Below, piece after piece: positions 1 to 13,788 of a stretch of DNA of 64,000 nt. Origin of the DNA: Eledone cirrhosa (Eukaryota); contig OZ024741.1 in the NCBI GenBank assembly GCA_964016885.1, positions 331,886,001 through 331,950,000 of the forward strand, given 5' to 3'. Every line of letters starts with the position of its first letter. Positions within the stretch are counted from its first letter, which is position 1. The position numbers were made by a program, and so were the translations under genes. The notes beneath the pieces were generated by a model. The model did not search any database. It saw only the letters and a program-made list of their open reading frames with translations, and was not told where the DNA came from.

Positions 1-65
<65 letters not shown>

Positions 66-66
66 A

Positions 67-104
<38 letters not shown>

Positions 105-129
105 GTATGTATATATATATAGATATATG

Positions 130-205
<76 letters not shown>

Positions 206-240
206 TATACATATATATACATACATATATATACATACAA
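1..240. repeat. (TA)n microsatellite (first of dozens of TA/CA/GA/TATC tracts in the window)
   Basis: Directly visible; such tracts are the source of all YIYI-type ORFs. Confidence 0.99.
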
Positions 241-745
241 AGTAAAAACCTACTACAGTCAGTAGGCATCTCTATCAAAACACACCCCCGTCCCACCACC
301 TCCACCCCATCCATACCGCCCCTTTCAATGTAAAGTTATGTTGGTCCCACAACATCCAGGCCGAAACAAATGAGATCGTGTAGGTGTCACGACAAAAAAA
401 CACACAGTCCACGCTGTAATGTGACCGTGTAGGCAACACGGTAAAAACCTCCCAGCCCCACACTGTAAATGTGGTTGGTGTTAGGAAGGGCATCCAGCTG
501 TAGAAAACCCGCCAGACAGTCCACGCTGTAAATGTGGCCGGGTAGGCAACACGGTAAAAACCTCCCAGCCCCACACTGTAAATGTGGTTGGTGTTAGGAA
601 GGGCATCCAACTGTAGAAAACCCGCCAGACAGTCCTATGCGAGCAAGACAACCACTCTTGCCTCAAGTGGGACTACCCCCATCCAAACCCATGCAAGCGT
701 GGAACACGGACGCTAAACCTGATGATGATGATGATGATGATGATA
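241..745 (+). mobile_element. RTE LINE 3' UTR fragment with (GAT)n tail and internal ~112-bp tandem duplication
   Basis: Matches the sequence following the RT stop at 9288 and 54889; ends in gatgatgat; unit 404-515 is repeated at 516-634. Confidence 0.9.
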
Positions 746-838
746 AATATATATATATATATATATATACATATATATACATATATATACATATATATAC
801 ATATATATACATATATATACATATATATACATATATAT

Positions 839-936
<98 letters not shown>

Positions 937-1054
937 GTATCCAATACTAATAATATAATTAAAGCTACAACTCCACTATCCGGGAGCTTCCAACAGTAAT
1001 GGTTGCATTCTTTAAGGGTATGTCAATATTTATTTATAAAAGTGATCTATATTA

Positions 1055-1119
1055 TATTTTATCTGATGAAAGCACACCATACTTTAACATGGTGTCCTTG
1101 AAATATGTATAATGAAATA
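1055..1119 (+). ncRNA. Minimal type-I hammerhead ribozyme motif within a PLE-like terminal fragment (940-1162)
   Basis: tattttat-CTGATGA-aag c acaccat..atggtgt c ctt-GAAA-tatgtaTA-atgaaata. Stems I and II pair, stem III is short, AATAAA follows. Confidence 0.75.
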
Positions 1120-1159
1120 AATATGGTTTTATAAATATAGTTTCCATTTGTTAATATCG

Positions 1160-1200
<41 letters not shown>

Positions 1201-1207
<7 letters not shown>

Positions 1208-1660
1208 GACGTAAAATGAGAGAATTATGAAAAATTGACTTACTTACTAAAATTTCACTCCAACTAATTAGTTCTGTAAGGGAATAAATATGGTTACGTA
1301 ACGTAATCATAGAGAAACCTTACGTCATCAGGGAGTCTATTCTCAGCTAAGTTCCTAGGCAATGCGTGGACACAAGGAACTCATATAAAAATAATTCAAT
1401 GGATGGAAAAAAGCGAGCGGGGGCTAAATTCCAGGACATTGAAAAAATTCACTGCCTACTTGGTCAGTGGCAAATTCGAAAGAATCAATCACGTGACACA
1501 ATTTTTTATAATTCTCTTATTTTACGTCTTTCATATGATTGTTCTGCATCCCCTTGCATTGAACTACAAAGTTACTAAGACTAAACCTATATATTTGCTA
1601 GCATAGGTATGCATCTGTATACATATGTTGGTAGATATACTAATTCTTTATAATTATCTC
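1201..1660. mobile_element. Non-coding fold-back repeat in (TA)n; related pieces at 2605-2790 and 61295-61443
   Basis: 1201-1237 is the reverse complement of ~1498-1537, followed by a ~120-bp tail that recurs at 61.3 kb. Confidence 0.7.
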
Positions 1661-1661
1661 C

Positions 1662-1695
<34 letters not shown>

Positions 1696-1706
1696 GTATG
1701 TATATA

Positions 1707-1798
<92 letters not shown>

Positions 1799-1802
1799 CA
1801 TA

Positions 1803-1863
<61 letters not shown>

Positions 1864-1900
1864 GCAAGCGTGGAACATGGACGTTAAACGATGATGATGA

Positions 1901-1959
<59 letters not shown>

Positions 1960-2020
1960 GTATATATATCTATATCTATATCTATCTATATATATATATA
2001 TATATATGTATGTATTTATA

Positions 2021-2604
<584 letters not shown>

Positions 2605-2852
2605 ATGAAAGACGTAAATAAGAAAGTTATGAAAATTGACTTACTTACTGAAATTTCACTCCAATAATTAGTTTCTGTAAGGGGATAAATACAGTTATGT
2701 AATACCTGTAGTCATCAGGGAGACTATTCTCGGCTAAGCCACCAGGCAATGCGGGGACACTGGAAGCTTATATAACAATAATTCAGTGCCTCCATTATAT
2801 ATATATATATATATATATAGTTAAAAGAATAGAGGTGTAACACACAAGTTAT

Positions 2853-3246
2853 TATATATTGGTAAACGGAATAGAAAATGCTGACAAATTGTTCACAGTT
2901 GAAAAATGGTTTAATTAGGAATAAAAGAGTATTAGTGATTGTATGGGTTAGTATTCAGTTGTGGTTTTAAGTTTTTATGTTTTTACCGGTTGCGCATTTC
3001 TAAATGCTTTTCAAAAATAATTTTGAGATAGAGTGTCCGTGCTGTTTGCTCAGATCAGAGCAAACAGCACGGACACTCTATCTCAAAATTATTTTTGAAA
3101 AGCATTTAGAAATGCGCAACCGGTAAAAACTTAAAAACTTAAAACCACAACTGAATACTAACCCATACAATCACTAATACTCTTTTATTCCTAATTAAAC
3201 CATTTTTCAACTGTGAACAATTTGTCAGCATTTTCTATTCCGTTTA

Positions 3247-3256
<10 letters not shown>
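2853..3256. repeat. Near-perfect palindrome (199-bp arms, 6-nt spacer); third diverged arm at ~3305-3496
   Basis: 2853-3051 is the reverse complement of 3058-3256 with one mismatch seen; 33-bp unpaired tail at 2820-2852. Confidence 0.95.
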
Positions 3257-3306
<50 letters not shown>

Positions 3307-3489
3307 GGTCAGAGCAAACATCACCGACGCTCTATCTCAAAATTATTTTTGAAAAGCATTAGAAATGCGCAACCGGTAAAACTTAAAACCAGAACTGAAT
3401 ACTAACCAATACTATTACTAATTCTCACTTATTCCTAATTAAACTATTTTTCACTGTGAACAATTTGTCAGCATTTTCTTTTCCGTTTA

Positions 3490-3528
<39 letters not shown>

Positions 3529-3710
3529 CAGGAAAGATATATATATATATATATATATATTGTTATACTTTGGGAGGGTCATGTTGCCAATAAGAAACAC
3601 ACGCACCAGTTGCTTTCACTTCAATTTATTATAATAAATTTATAAATTTAAGAATTTATAAATTTTCGGTTGGTTGGTTGGTTCCACAACCAGATGGTTG
3701 TTTATATATT

Positions 3711-3753
3711 GTCAAAGTTCTTTCGTCACACATTCTGTGACCTCTTCAGTGAC
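3711..3753 (-). ncRNA. Minimal hammerhead ribozyme motif in the PLE pseudo-LTR
   Basis: Reverse complement reads gtca-CTGAAGA-g-gtcaca gaatg tgtgac-GAAA-gaacTT-tgac; identical copy at 50762-50804 (+). Confidence 0.7.
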
Positions 3754-3954
3754 TGGGGATTCTTTTCTTTGTTTTTGTGCCTCTCCTTTGTTCTGTCCTA
3801 TGCCATCTTGTTTCTGTGTGTGTGTTGTGTGCTCAGTCTGCGCATGCACCACATCTGGGTGTCTGTGTGTGTTTATATTCATTTATTTACTTGTTTATTT
3901 ACATGTTACTGGTTGGTTGTTTGTTCTATGTGCGTGTGTGTTTTCATTTTGTCC

Positions 3955-5664
3955 TTAATTGTAAGTTGTGATGTTGCTGTTCCACTCATGTTTTCTATTT
4001 AATTTTGGTTGTAATTCTTTTATGTTTATTGCCTCTGTGATTTGTCTAAACATTGCGTCTTTTCTGTGTGTAGATTCTATTTTTATTTCTATGTTCTCTA
4101 ATTTACCCTTATGTTCTATTTTAGCATGTTGGTAGAGTACAGATGATTCTTTACTATCTTGAAGGTTTCGCCAGTGTTCATTTATCCGTTCCCCTACACT
4201 ATGAGCTGTCTCACCTATGTACACTATATTTTTATCTCTACATTGTCCTTCAGTACATCTCATGCTATATGCTACATTTCTAGTTTTACAGTTAATATGG
4301 GGGCTTAATTTACAGGTTATACATTTTTTATCTATATAGGGGGTTCTTTGAAAAGCGTATGTCTTGCTAATAAGTGTTTTTATGGAGGTACCTGTTCTTT
4401 CTACTATCTTAATATTGAGTTTATGTTTATCTAGAGACCTTCTAAATTTGTAAGCTAATTCACCTCTAGGGGTTGTATCAATGAACATTACACTCTGGTA
4501 TTTATTGCTATCATACCATGAGTTTATTCTATTAGTCTTATTCCTTGTTCTTTCTATTCTATTCAAAAATTTGCTCCTATACAAGGGGCAGGTCCCATTT
4601 GTGGCATTATTTACCATTTTTTCCCATTTGGTTCTGGCTCCTCTATACACTCTGATTTTATCTCTCTGATTGTAACCAGAGAACTGCATACGGTGGATGA
4701 AGTGTTGTATGTGTCTCTCTAGTTCTTCGGGGTTGCACATGCGGGACACGTTTCTCATCACCCGTACCAAATCCGCAATCAGTATGTTGATTTTGGTATG
4801 GTCCGAAACAGCTGAGTTTCGGTGGATCAGATATTTGGAAGTCATGGGTTTGGCATAATGGGAATGGAGGATTTGTTTTTTGTTATTAATGGTATCTAAC
4901 CAGAGCTCTGTGTCTAGTACAGGTAGTCGATGGTTGGGGTGTTTGTAGTCTATAGTAACTCTAATACTCTGGTGGATGGAGTTAGCTATTTGCTGGATGC
5001 TTTCCATTGTTTTTTTCTCTAATTCCTAACTGTTCTCTAGTGAGGGTGTTTTAACTACGATGTTTATATCATCAACTTAGCGGGAGTACATTATCAGGGT
5101 TAAGGGGTCTTCTAATTGTTCTTTAAGTTTAAGTCTACTGTCCCACCATACCATGAATAAGTTAGCTATGTCGCCTGCAATGCTAACACCAATGGCTGCT
5201 CCCACCTCTTGGGCATATGTTTTTCCATTAAATTTGAACATATGTTCCTTAAGGGTTAATTTTATGCTGGCCCCCACCGCATGTGCAATCATTTTCTTTA
5301 GTTCATCGTGGTTTTTGGGGGTTCGTATGGCTCTGGTCCACCCGTTCCATCTATCTGTGTGGGTTTTCTTGGCCATTGAGGTAATGGTAGGTGGTCTGCC
5401 TCTTGCTGGTCTTGTAGGGCACAGGTTGCTAAGGTCATATGTGTCTAGATAATTATTACTATAGGTAAGTTTCAGTAGGAGTCCCAGCTCACTGGTATCA
5501 ATCCCACGGAACTCAACATTGCTCTCACTGATCATTTCTATGCATTTCTCCACAGCAAAATCCACATCAATAGATGGATACAAGGACACAACATCCATAC
5601 TACCTGTTAGGTCCCTAGATCGGTTACTCTCGCCGATTCTGCTGAGCAGGTCCTCCGTGCTGTC

Positions 5665-5676
<12 letters not shown>
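3955..5676 (-). pseudogene. PLE reverse transcriptase / GIY-YIG endonuclease, disrupted
   Basis: RT motifs GSMDVVSLYPSI, QEVGAAIG, YSR*VDD (stop at 5077 in place of the Y of YVDD), LPVLD and HYAKPM; EN motif NVAY...YIGET...RINEH. Confidence 0.92.
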
Positions 5677-5695
<19 letters not shown>

Positions 5696-5696
5696 A

Positions 5697-6435
5697 TAAT
5701 GAAATGACAGGAGGCTGGATTTGTGTAAATCCTTGAAAGGTTTATTATACTATGATCATTTCAATGACCGGGTTCCGTATGAATCCGGTGATATCATCAG
5801 GTATTCGAAATATAATACGTGAATGTAATAGATAAAATCCATGGGGCTGAAAATCAAGGACCCGAGGGCGACCGCTATTCTGTTCCTTGAACCTCAGCCG
5901 GTCGCCCTCGAGTGACGTGGCTAAAGTTTATAGTATGCTACTACCGGTCAGATAAACAAAAACAGAAAGGGATGGGAACATAAGTTAGCGTCAATCTCAT
6001 GACACAAGGTAAAAGAAAGAAAGAAAGGAAGGAGAGAGAAGAAGGGGGAAGAAAGAAGAAGAGAAGTCAGGGTTAATGTCAGCTAAAAGAAGAAAGGCAA
6101 CTACTACCGGTCAGAAGAGGGGAAAGGAAGATAAGTCTGCGGGAAGAAGACAGGAAGAGGGGAGAAGAGAAGGAAGAGAAGAGAGAAGTAGAAAAGTAAG
6201 GGTTGATGGCTACAAGAAGGAAGATAGAAAGAAAGAGGAAGAAAGGTCGATATTAATGTCAGACCACAGTCAGGCCAGGAGTGGCGCGAGAAAATTTTCA
6301 CAGGGACCCGCATCTTAGCAGAGGTGAATATATTGGGAGTCAGTGTGTTACAATGTTTAGACTTCTAGGATGAAGTTAAAAAATTAATAATCAATATCCA
6401 ATATTAAAGAGGTTAGAAAATTTAAAGTTCAAGAG

Positions 6436-6436
<1 letters not shown>
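5697..6436 (-). mobile_element. Non-coding PLE-like terminal fragment between (TA)n tracts
   Basis: Hammerhead motif followed by AATAAA and a short tail on the minus strand; 12-bp GC-rich inverted repeat cgagggcgaccg/cggtcgccctcg at ~5863-5910. Confidence 0.55.
5747..5804 (-). ncRNA. Minimal hammerhead ribozyme motif
   Basis: Reverse complement reads atac-CTGATGA-tat c accgg..ccggt c att-GAAA-tgatcaTA-gtat; palindromic stem III loop (ATGATCAT). Confidence 0.65.
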
Positions 6437-6483
<47 letters not shown>

Positions 6484-7237
6484 GAAAAAACGAAGAACGA
6501 AGAAGTTTCGTTTACATATGAAAAATATTTATTGCGTATCGACCTGTCACGCACATTTTGCAGAGGATCTGCTCAATGTGATCCATATTTAATAATATAC
6601 TGTATGCTTATTTAAAACTTTTTGAAGGCCCTTTGCTATGAATTTAAGGTAGTGACTATAGTCACATACCTAGCTTCAGCAAAAACAAAGGGGAATAACT
6701 GACATATTTCTCATTGTTTAGCGGTTATCAAGGTTATATACCCCTCTGTTTATGCTGCGAGCTGTAGAAGCTGAATTCTTATAGAATACCAATTATATCT
6801 ATGAGCTGTTTAAACTTATTAACATACAGAGCAGTTGCCAGCCCAGCAATATATATATGAATGTGCGTATTGTATATTTAATAATATATTGTATGTTTAT
6901 TTAAAAACATTTTGAAGGTTGAAAACTTCATAGGCTGACTATGATGTAGTGATGTTAGAGCTATGAAATATTGCATGCATTAATTTCAGTTCTTCTTATT
7001 AATAACTGCATTGTTTCTTTCCAGGGACTATGCTGAAAAATAACCTCATTTGGCCTCCACCACTTTCCAATTTCTGTTTAGTTTAGGTCATGTCAGGAGT
7101 GTACTCCCATGGTTGTACTCCCATGGTTGTACTCCCATGGTTGTACTCCCATGGTTGACCAACTGAAGGTTGGGGAGGCTATTTAATCCATAGTTGGATG
7201 TGTTTATCTATGTATGTGTAAATCTATGTACATATAT

Positions 7238-7392
7238 TTCTGGTTGGCTGGTTGGTTGGTTGGTTTGATGACCAGATGGTTGTTAATATATTGTCAAAGT
7301 TCTTTTGTCACACATTCTGTGACATTCTCAGTGACTGGGCTTTTATTTTGTGTCCCTACTTTGTTCTGTCCTACACCATCTTGTTTTTGTGT
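7238..7392 (-). mobile_element. Decayed copy of the PLE pseudo-LTR
   Basis: Aligns by eye to 3668-3815; the ribozyme core is mutated. Confidence 0.8.
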
Positions 7393-7435
7393 ACATATAT
7401 ATATACTGTATCGATTGTTATTTCCATTTACCTTT

Positions 7436-7490
<55 letters not shown>

Positions 7491-7515
7491 GTATGTATAT
7501 ATATATATATATATA

Positions 7516-9672
7516 TGCCATCACTGACGCTGATAAGAAGGTAGCTTGGAAGTGTCACTACGAAAGGCTACTAAATGAGGAGAATAAATGGGAGAAAAAC
7601 AGTCTCCCCCACATCGATCCAATAGAGGGACTAGCAGTGTTAGTCGAAGGTAGTATAATAAGTAAGGCAATCAAAGACATGAAGACAGGCAAGGTGGCTG
7701 GGCCTTCGGAAATAGTTGCTGAAATGCTGAAAGCTTCTGGAACGGTGGGACACACCATGGTCACCCGGATAGTAAACCAAGTCATACAGAATCGGGTTGT
7801 TCCAAAGGACTGGTGTAGCAGCATCATCATTAACTGTTACAAGGGTAAAGGAGATGTCCTAGATAGGAGTAACTATAGAGGCATTAAATTAATCGACCAG
7901 GTCATGAAGGTCATAGAAAAAGTAATAGCGCAACTAATCAGAGAGAGAGTTGATCTAGATGAAATGCAGTTCGGGTTTGTGTCAGGTAAAAGTACTACAG
8001 ACGCTCTTTTCATTGTACGACAACTACAGGAAAAGTACCTAGCTAAAAGTAAACCCCTATACTTAGCTTTTGTCGACTTGGAGAAAGCCTTTAACAGAGT
8101 CCCCCGTTCCATTATTTGGTGGGCTCTTAGAAAACTAGGTGTTGATGAATGGCTTGTGAGAGCTATACAAGCCATGTATAAATAAACGGTCAGCAAGGTT
8201 AGAATTAACAACGAATATAGTGAAGAGTTTAGCGTAAAAGTTGGTGTTCATCAGGGCTCCGCTCTTAGCCCCCTACTATTTATTATTGCCCTTCAGTGGA
8301 GTTCAAGACCGGCTGCCCATGGGAACTCCTATACACAGATGATCTAACGCTCATAGCTGAATCAATGGCCGAGCTAGAGAAGAAATTCCAAACATGGAAG
8401 CACGGCCTAGAATCAAAAGGCCTTAAAATTAACCTGGCTAAGACTAAAGTTCTAGTTTGTAGGAAAGAAAATAAGGCACCGGTCCCTTCCGGGAAATGGC
8501 CATGCTCAGTGTGTAGGAAAGGCGTAGGTAGAAACTCCATTTTATGTCCCAAATGCAAAGTATGGGTGCATAAAAGATGTAGTGGGATCACAGGTAAGCT
8601 AACTAAGAACACAGATTTTACATGTGGCCGGTGCTCTGGTGCAATAAGTAGCAGCAAGTGCCCACAGAATACTAGCTCATTCCATTGCACAGATGGTTCT
8701 ATAGAAATAGTGGACACCTCCCGTTACTTGGGTGACAAAATCAGCAGTGGTGGAGGGTGCTCTGAAAGTACAGTAGCTAGAGTCAGAACTGGATGGAAAA
8801 AGTTCAGAGAGCTTATACCACAATTAGCCGCTAAAGGGTTCTCCCTAAAAATGAAAGGCAGGCTGTATGATGCCTGCATACGAACAGCAATGTTGCATAG
8901 CAGTGAGACCTGAGCATTGTGTGCAGAGGATATACGCAGACTGGAGAGGAACGAAACTTGCATGCTCCGCTGGATGTGTAATAGTAATATACGTGAGCGG
9001 CAAAGCATAAACGAACTAAGGGAAAAATTAGAAATAAGAGGGATCCGATGTTGTTTACTCGAGAGAAGACTATGTTGGTATGGTCACGTGATGCGCATGA
9101 AAGATGACAGCTGTATAAAAAAGTGCAGGGCAATAAAAATAGACGGTAGCCACAGAGTAGGCAGACCCAGAAAAACCTGGGACGACCTGATAAATTCCGA
9201 CCTCACACACTTACACCTCTCCAAGACAATGTCACTGGACCGAGATTTTTGGCGCTACACAGTAATACAGAAGACCCGCCTTACCTAAGTACAATGTGAA
9301 ACCTATTACAGTCAGTAGGCACCTCTAACAAAATACACCCCGTCCCACCACCCCATCCACCCCATCCACACCGCCCCTTTCAATGTAAAGTTATGTTGGT
9401 ACCACAACATCCAGTCCGAAACAAATGAGGTCGTGTAGGTGTCACGACAAAAAAACACACAGTCCACGCTGTAATGTGGCCGTGTAGGTAACACGGTAAA
9501 AACCTCCCAGTCCACACTGTAAATGTGGTTGGTGTTAGGAAGGGCATCCAGCCGTAGAAAACCCGCCAGACAGTCCTATGCGAGCAAGACAATCACTCTT
9601 GCCTCAAGTGGGAAAACTCCAAACCCATGCAAGCGTGGAAGATGGACGTTAAACGATGATGATGATGATGAT
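7516..9672 (+). mobile_element. RTE-clade LINE, 5'-truncated (RT, PHD-like finger, 3' UTR, GAT tail), disrupted
   Basis: Motifs NYRGIKL, QFGF, FVDLEKAF, GVHQGS, LLYTDD, RYLG and GRPRKTW; stops or frameshift at ~8185, ~8295 and 8913. Confidence 0.96.
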
Positions 9673-10639
9673 ATGTGTGTGCTGCTATCCAGTACCAGGC
9701 TCGAAAACTATAGTTCCACTGTGAGATGGGTTCAGCACAGCCAACCGGCCTGTCCCTCCTCATAGTGGTGCCATCCAGTGCTGGCCCCAAAACTATGGCT
9801 ACTCTCTGAGATGGGTTAGGCTCCTTGTATCGGTGCCATCAACTACTGGGCTCCAACACTATGGTTCCACTGTGAGAGCGGTTCAGCACAGCCAACTGGC
9901 CTGTCCCTCCTCATAACGGAGCAATCCAGTTCCACACTATAAATGTGGTTGGTGGTAGGAAGAGCATCCAGCTGTAAAATACCCAGCCAAATTTACAGTC
10001 CTTGTCAGAGCAAGGTATGGCATGGCCATCTCTGGCCACACTTGTCTCCCAAAATGGATGACACATCTAACCCATGCAAGCATCGAAAAATGAACGCTAA
10101 ACAGTGATGATGATGATGATGACATATATATATATACACAATCTATGCAGAGCCTTCTCACTCTGTTTGGAGGAACCTCTCCCAGATTGACCTCCACTGT
10201 CTTTTGTTTGATTTTGGTCATGTCTTCAGAGGTGTAGCTGTACTCACCAGATTTGGCCAATTGTGGATTGGGAGGCTATTTAACTCATAGTTGGGGTGAA
10301 TGACTGTTGACTCTGAAGAGCTCATCTGTCCTTTTAACAGTCCTTGTTTTTGTGCTGCTGGGGTTCCTCTTATTCTCCTCACTAGACCAGGATCTGGTGG
10401 AGGAGCCAGTTTAGTCACTGACCACTCGACCATGAAGCAGGTTGTAATGGTACCAGTAGCAGGCAAGTGCCTGACCTGACCAGACTAGGGTCTGATGGGG
10501 TAGCTGATTTAGTCACCGACCATTCGACCATGAAGCAGGTTGTAATTTGATTACATGGTACCAGTAGCAGGCAGAAACCTAATCTGACACAAATAAAGCA
10601 TATGTAAAATGACCCTGAATGACGTTTTAAATTCAGCTA

Positions 10640-11180
10640 TGAAGATTTTACCAGTTCTATGCACATTTGCATAACAATCTGTCAACATGTAAAGATACTA
10701 TAAACATTTGAATTAACAAACCTATTTTTAGATATTTTCTGTTATATCATTACAAGATGTTAAGAAATAATTGTTTCTACTTTTGGCACAAGGCCAGCAA
10801 TTACCAGTACATTACTGGTACTTTATTTTATCGACCCCATAAGGATGAAAGGCAAAATTAACCTCGACGGGATGTTAAGAAATAATACTGCACATTTCCA
10901 CAACAATCTGTCTATTAGTAAAAATACTTTAAACATTGGAATTAAGAAACAGATTTTTAGATACAGCATTACAGAATGTTAAGAGATAATACTGCACATT
11001 TTCAGGACAATTTGTCAACTTGTAAAGATACTATAAACATTTGAATTACAGGATGTTAAGAGGTAAAACTGCAAATTTTTGTAACAATCTCTCAACTTAT
11101 AAAGATACTATACATATTTGAATTAACAAACCTATCTTTAGATATTTTCTGTTAAATCGTTATAGGATGTTAAGAGTTAA
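10640..11180. repeat. Degenerate ~100-120-bp tandem repeat; same unit at 24340-24559 and 29514-29650
   Basis: Recurrent ctgcacattt..aacaatctgtc..gtaaagatactataaacatttgaatta..gatgttaaga units. Confidence 0.8.
10772..10870 (-). mobile_element. 5'-truncated SINE (main family) with 16-bp TSD
   Basis: Reverse complement of the SINE core; gatgttaagaaataat is duplicated at 10756-10771 and 10871-10886. Confidence 0.9.
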
Positions 11181-11292
11181 AAAGAAACAAATACAAGTGA
11201 GTGATAGTGTCAGGAAGAGCATCCAACTATATGATTCTGTCTCACTAATTTCATCAAAATCCTTCTATCATGCAAAAATGGACATAAAACCA

Positions 11293-11414
11293 ATGATGAT
11301 GATGATGACAATGATGGTGAGGCAATGACGATAATGGTGACAACAATGATGACGAGAATGATGACGGTGACAATGATGATGTTGATAATGGCAATGATGA
11401 TGATGATGATGACA

Positions 11415-11461
<47 letters not shown>

Positions 11462-12078
11462 AGAATTATATTATTAATGATGATTATAAAAATTATGATG
11501 ATGATAACATCAATGATGGTGATGATGAGGGTGACGATGATGATGGTGACAATGATGATGAGGGTGACGATGATGATGGTGACAATGATGATGAGGGTGA
11601 CGATGATGATGGTAACAACAATGATGAGGGTGACGATGATGATGGTGACAATGATGAGGGTGACGATGATGGTGACAATGATGATGAGGGTGACGATGAT
11701 GATGGTGACAATGATGAGGGTGACGATGATGGTGACAATGATGATGAGGGTGACGATGATGATGGTGACAATGATGAGGGTGACGATGATGGTGACAATG
11801 ATGATGAGGGTGACGATGATGATGGTGACAATGATGAGGGTGACGATGATGGTGACAATGATGATGAGGGTGACGATGATGATGGTGACAATGATGATGA
11901 GGGTGACGATGATGATGGTGACAATAATGATGAGGGTGACGATGATGATGGTGACAATGATGATGAGGGTGACGATGATGATGGTGACAATGATGATGAG
12001 GGTGACGATGATGATGGTGACAATAATGATGAGGGTGACGATGATGATGGTAACAACAATGATGAGGGTGACGATGAT
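11293..12078. repeat. (GAT)n-derived low complexity and 27-33-bp minisatellite
   Basis: Units of gatgatgagggtgacgatgatgatggtgacaat. Confidence 0.95.
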
Positions 12079-12313
12079 GAATATGGAAGATGACCGGTGG
12101 GTGAAGAAAATGCAAGGAAATACCAGTGGAAGGAAGATGCAGTAGAGGAAGACCATGAAAAATATGGACGAAGGTGGTGGGAGCTGACCTCAGATAGCTG
12201 AAGCTCACAGATGAGATGACAAAGGACCATGATGAATGGAGAGATGCCATGCTGAAGAGGACTCGTCCCACCCTTGCAAGCAGGGAAAAACAGACATAAA
12301 ATGATGATGATGA
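12079..12313 (+). mobile_element. Old RTE 3' fragment (related to 51340-52230; another piece at 31085-31215, minus strand)
   Basis: Degenerate MEDDRWVKK..GRP.K.W C-terminus and GAT tail. Confidence 0.7.
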
Positions 12314-12380
12314 TATATACATATATTACACATTCGTACATATGCATATACATTCATACATACTCATATAAATGTATATT

Positions 12381-12411
<31 letters not shown>

Positions 12412-12890
12412 CATACACGCATCATAAATTCATAAATTATAATTACATACACTTATACAGAAAATATATGCATAACTGTTTGTATATATATATATAATGA
12501 AATGAGAGCAAGATGAGTATGTATAGATAGATATACAGACAGACAGATTGATAGGTATATAGATATACAGATAGGTAGATAGATAGATTATTAAATATAT
12601 ATGTATATATAAAGACACTTTCTCTTTTACATACAGACATCAATGTACGTAACAGTATATGTTGTTGAAGTAAATTCTTTGGGAGTATCTTTCATATCTT
12701 TAGAATCAAACATTTTTGCCTGTCTTCTTCTTGTGTCATATTTCTGGCATCAAATTTGGTCAGTGCCGGTAACTACCAAAGACATCAGAGACAAGGAGAG
12801 AGAGATTTTCTCTCTAATAAATATATTGCCATCACAACAGACAACCTCTTTGTAATATTCCTTTTGAAAATGAGAGATACATAGAGAGAA

Positions 12891-12956
<66 letters not shown>

Positions 12957-12962
12957 GGAGAA

Positions 12963-12998
<36 letters not shown>

Positions 12999-13670
12999 TT
13001 ATAGAGAGAGAGAGGGGAGAGAAAGAGGGGAGAGACTTGAAAAAGAAAGATATCAAGAGAACTATTGCTCACTTTTCCAAAATGATGCTGATATAATTTT
13101 GTTGCCGTTAAAAAAGGCGACCAAAAATACAGTTGTAATTCTTGTTATTCAAATACAAAAGACTTCCTGCCATTACGGATTTTTGTAATTAAGATATCAA
13201 AGGCAGAAGAAATGGTATTTCCGTTCAGTTGTCAAGTGAGTCACAATGAGTTCTCTCTCTCGTTCTTTCTCTCTCCACACACACCACACACACATACACA
13301 CACATGCACACACAGACACACACACACACATTCATTGCTTTTAATTTACTTTGATGAACAACTATTCCATCTTTCAAACAGACCTTTGAAGTCATAGGTC
13401 TGTTATTTACCACAAAAGAAACCTTACAAACAAACTCTGTATTTATATCTCCTGATAATTTCCTGATGAAGCATTTTATTCAAGTTTTTAGCTCAACACT
13501 TCATATATAGAACCATAGAACCAATAACCAGAATATCCTGTGTTCAGCTGGCTATAATAATGAAGCTTACAAGAATTATTATTGAATCTCGTGTCATCGC
13601 CACGGTTTATTGTATCTATCTTTCTGTATATCTATCTATCTATCTATCTATCTACCTATCTATCTATCTA

Positions 13671-13767
<97 letters not shown>

Positions 13768-13788
13768 CTAACTATCTATCTATCTGTG

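Larger units (their letters stand above)
3559..5676 (-). mobile_element. Penelope-like retroelement (C-terminal EN+), 5'-truncated, with 3' pseudo-LTR
   Basis: RT and GIY-YIG ORFs on the minus strand, then a ~400-bp non-coding end that recurs at 7238-7392 and 50698-51016; flanked by (TA)n. Confidence 0.92.

Noticed and set aside
1280-1345. Minus-strand CTGATGA with a cgtaa/ttacg stem (also at ~2680-2730)
   Set aside because: GAAA is replaced by (G/A)TAA in both copies and stem I is not contiguous. It could be a decayed or variant hammerhead but is not supportable.
10140-10600. Possible host exon (ORFs 9937-10260 and 10218-10466)
   Set aside because: Similar sequence occurs at ~7050-7200 and there is an internal duplication; likely repeat-derived with no recognisable domain.
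11510-12078. CRISPR-like array or His/Ser-rich protein
   Set aside because: Tandem minisatellite without unique spacers, in a eukaryotic context.
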